A DNA stretch of 64,000 nucleotides from Laetmonice hystrix (lineage: Eukaryota): the NCBI GenBank assembly GCA_965235115.1, contig OZ249436.1, positions 39,744,001 to 39,808,000 on the forward strand. Direction: 5' to 3'. Below the pieces are notes generated by a model. It made no database searches. It was not told the origin of the DNA and worked only from the letters and a program-made list of their open reading frames with translations. Positions within the stretch are counted from its first letter, which is position 1. Every line of letters starts with the position of its first letter. A program made the translations under genes and the position numbers. Positions 63,267 to 64,000 of this stretch are shown one piece after another.

Positions 63267-64000
63267 GGCCCACCTGATGGTAACATGACCATTCTTAAAA
63301 GGTGAAATTAAATTAAATGTTCCCCACCCACATCATTAAATCATACATTATTTAAAAACAGGAATTTCTAGCGTGCATTTCCTAAATCAGACCGTGTGTT
63401 AACACAAATGGTTTTCATGTATGCATATTATAAACAGCTTAATGAACGCCCACTTCATCTAGTTTGACATTATAACTCTAATTAACCTATCCAGGCGTTT
63501 CTGCTTCCTGTATGTGCTCTTCAAATATATTACCATTGTTGTCGGGAGAAACGTCTGAAGATCTAAGAGCCCAAGCCGATGTCGTGAACTTTTAATGTAC
63601 ATTACTGTAAAAGGACCGACCCTAATAATAATATCATGCTTGATGTCGCAGTCACGCTGCGGGTCAGGTCGGCTGAAGGATATCTATAGGCCTATAGTAG
63701 CGTCCTTCAGTCCATGAATAAGTATCACTACATTGATATGAAAACGGCATTCGGTTTGGCTGGACGTGATTATGATATATATGTAATTAAATAAGTAATA
63801 AATAATGCGCATCTGTGCGTCTACAAGAGTGTACAGTATATTATATACCTAACTACACACCTACCAAGGGAGAGGGGAGGCATAGGGGAGGCATCAAGAA
63901 ATTATTCCAAACCCTCATGACTTTCCTCCAATATTCCGTTCTTTTTTCGCTGTCTCTTAAGAAAATGTGGGCAGACCCTCTTTGACCCCAAAAATGTTTA

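Noticed and set aside
63031..63305. RE/SL dipeptide ORFs
   Set aside because: Translations of the (GA)n microsatellite.

Overview
This window looks like repeat-dense animal DNA, probably intergenic or intronic sequence of an invertebrate (inference from repeat types; species not determinable). It is not prokaryotic: there are no operons, rRNA, real tRNA or CRISPR. The only recognisable protein-coding stretch is a 5'-truncated but uninterrupted CR1-group LINE reverse transcriptase (29333-30298). The rest is a mosaic of nested non-autonomous transposons read from termini and target-site duplications (TSDs): Kolobok-like (TTAA), Tc1/mariner (TA), Harbinger/Zator-like (TWA), 5-bp-TSD CAG..CTG elements, a 9-bp-TSD MULE-like family and Helentron-associated (HINE/DINE-1-like) elements with internal ~146-bp satellites. 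There are also a tRNA-derived SINE and several minisatellites. The most notable structure is a 9.65-kb element (16416-26068) with ~500-bp inverted arms built from 22-bp palindromes, TAC..GTA ends and a 6-bp TSD (IS3EU-like signature), without visible transposase. Second is a module at 56.3-57.2 kb with palindromic units, a one-stop transmembrane mini-ORF and nine tandem AATAAA-bearing repeats. I found no convincing new protein-coding system. All superfamily assignments rest on terminus/TSD rules and need database confirmation.
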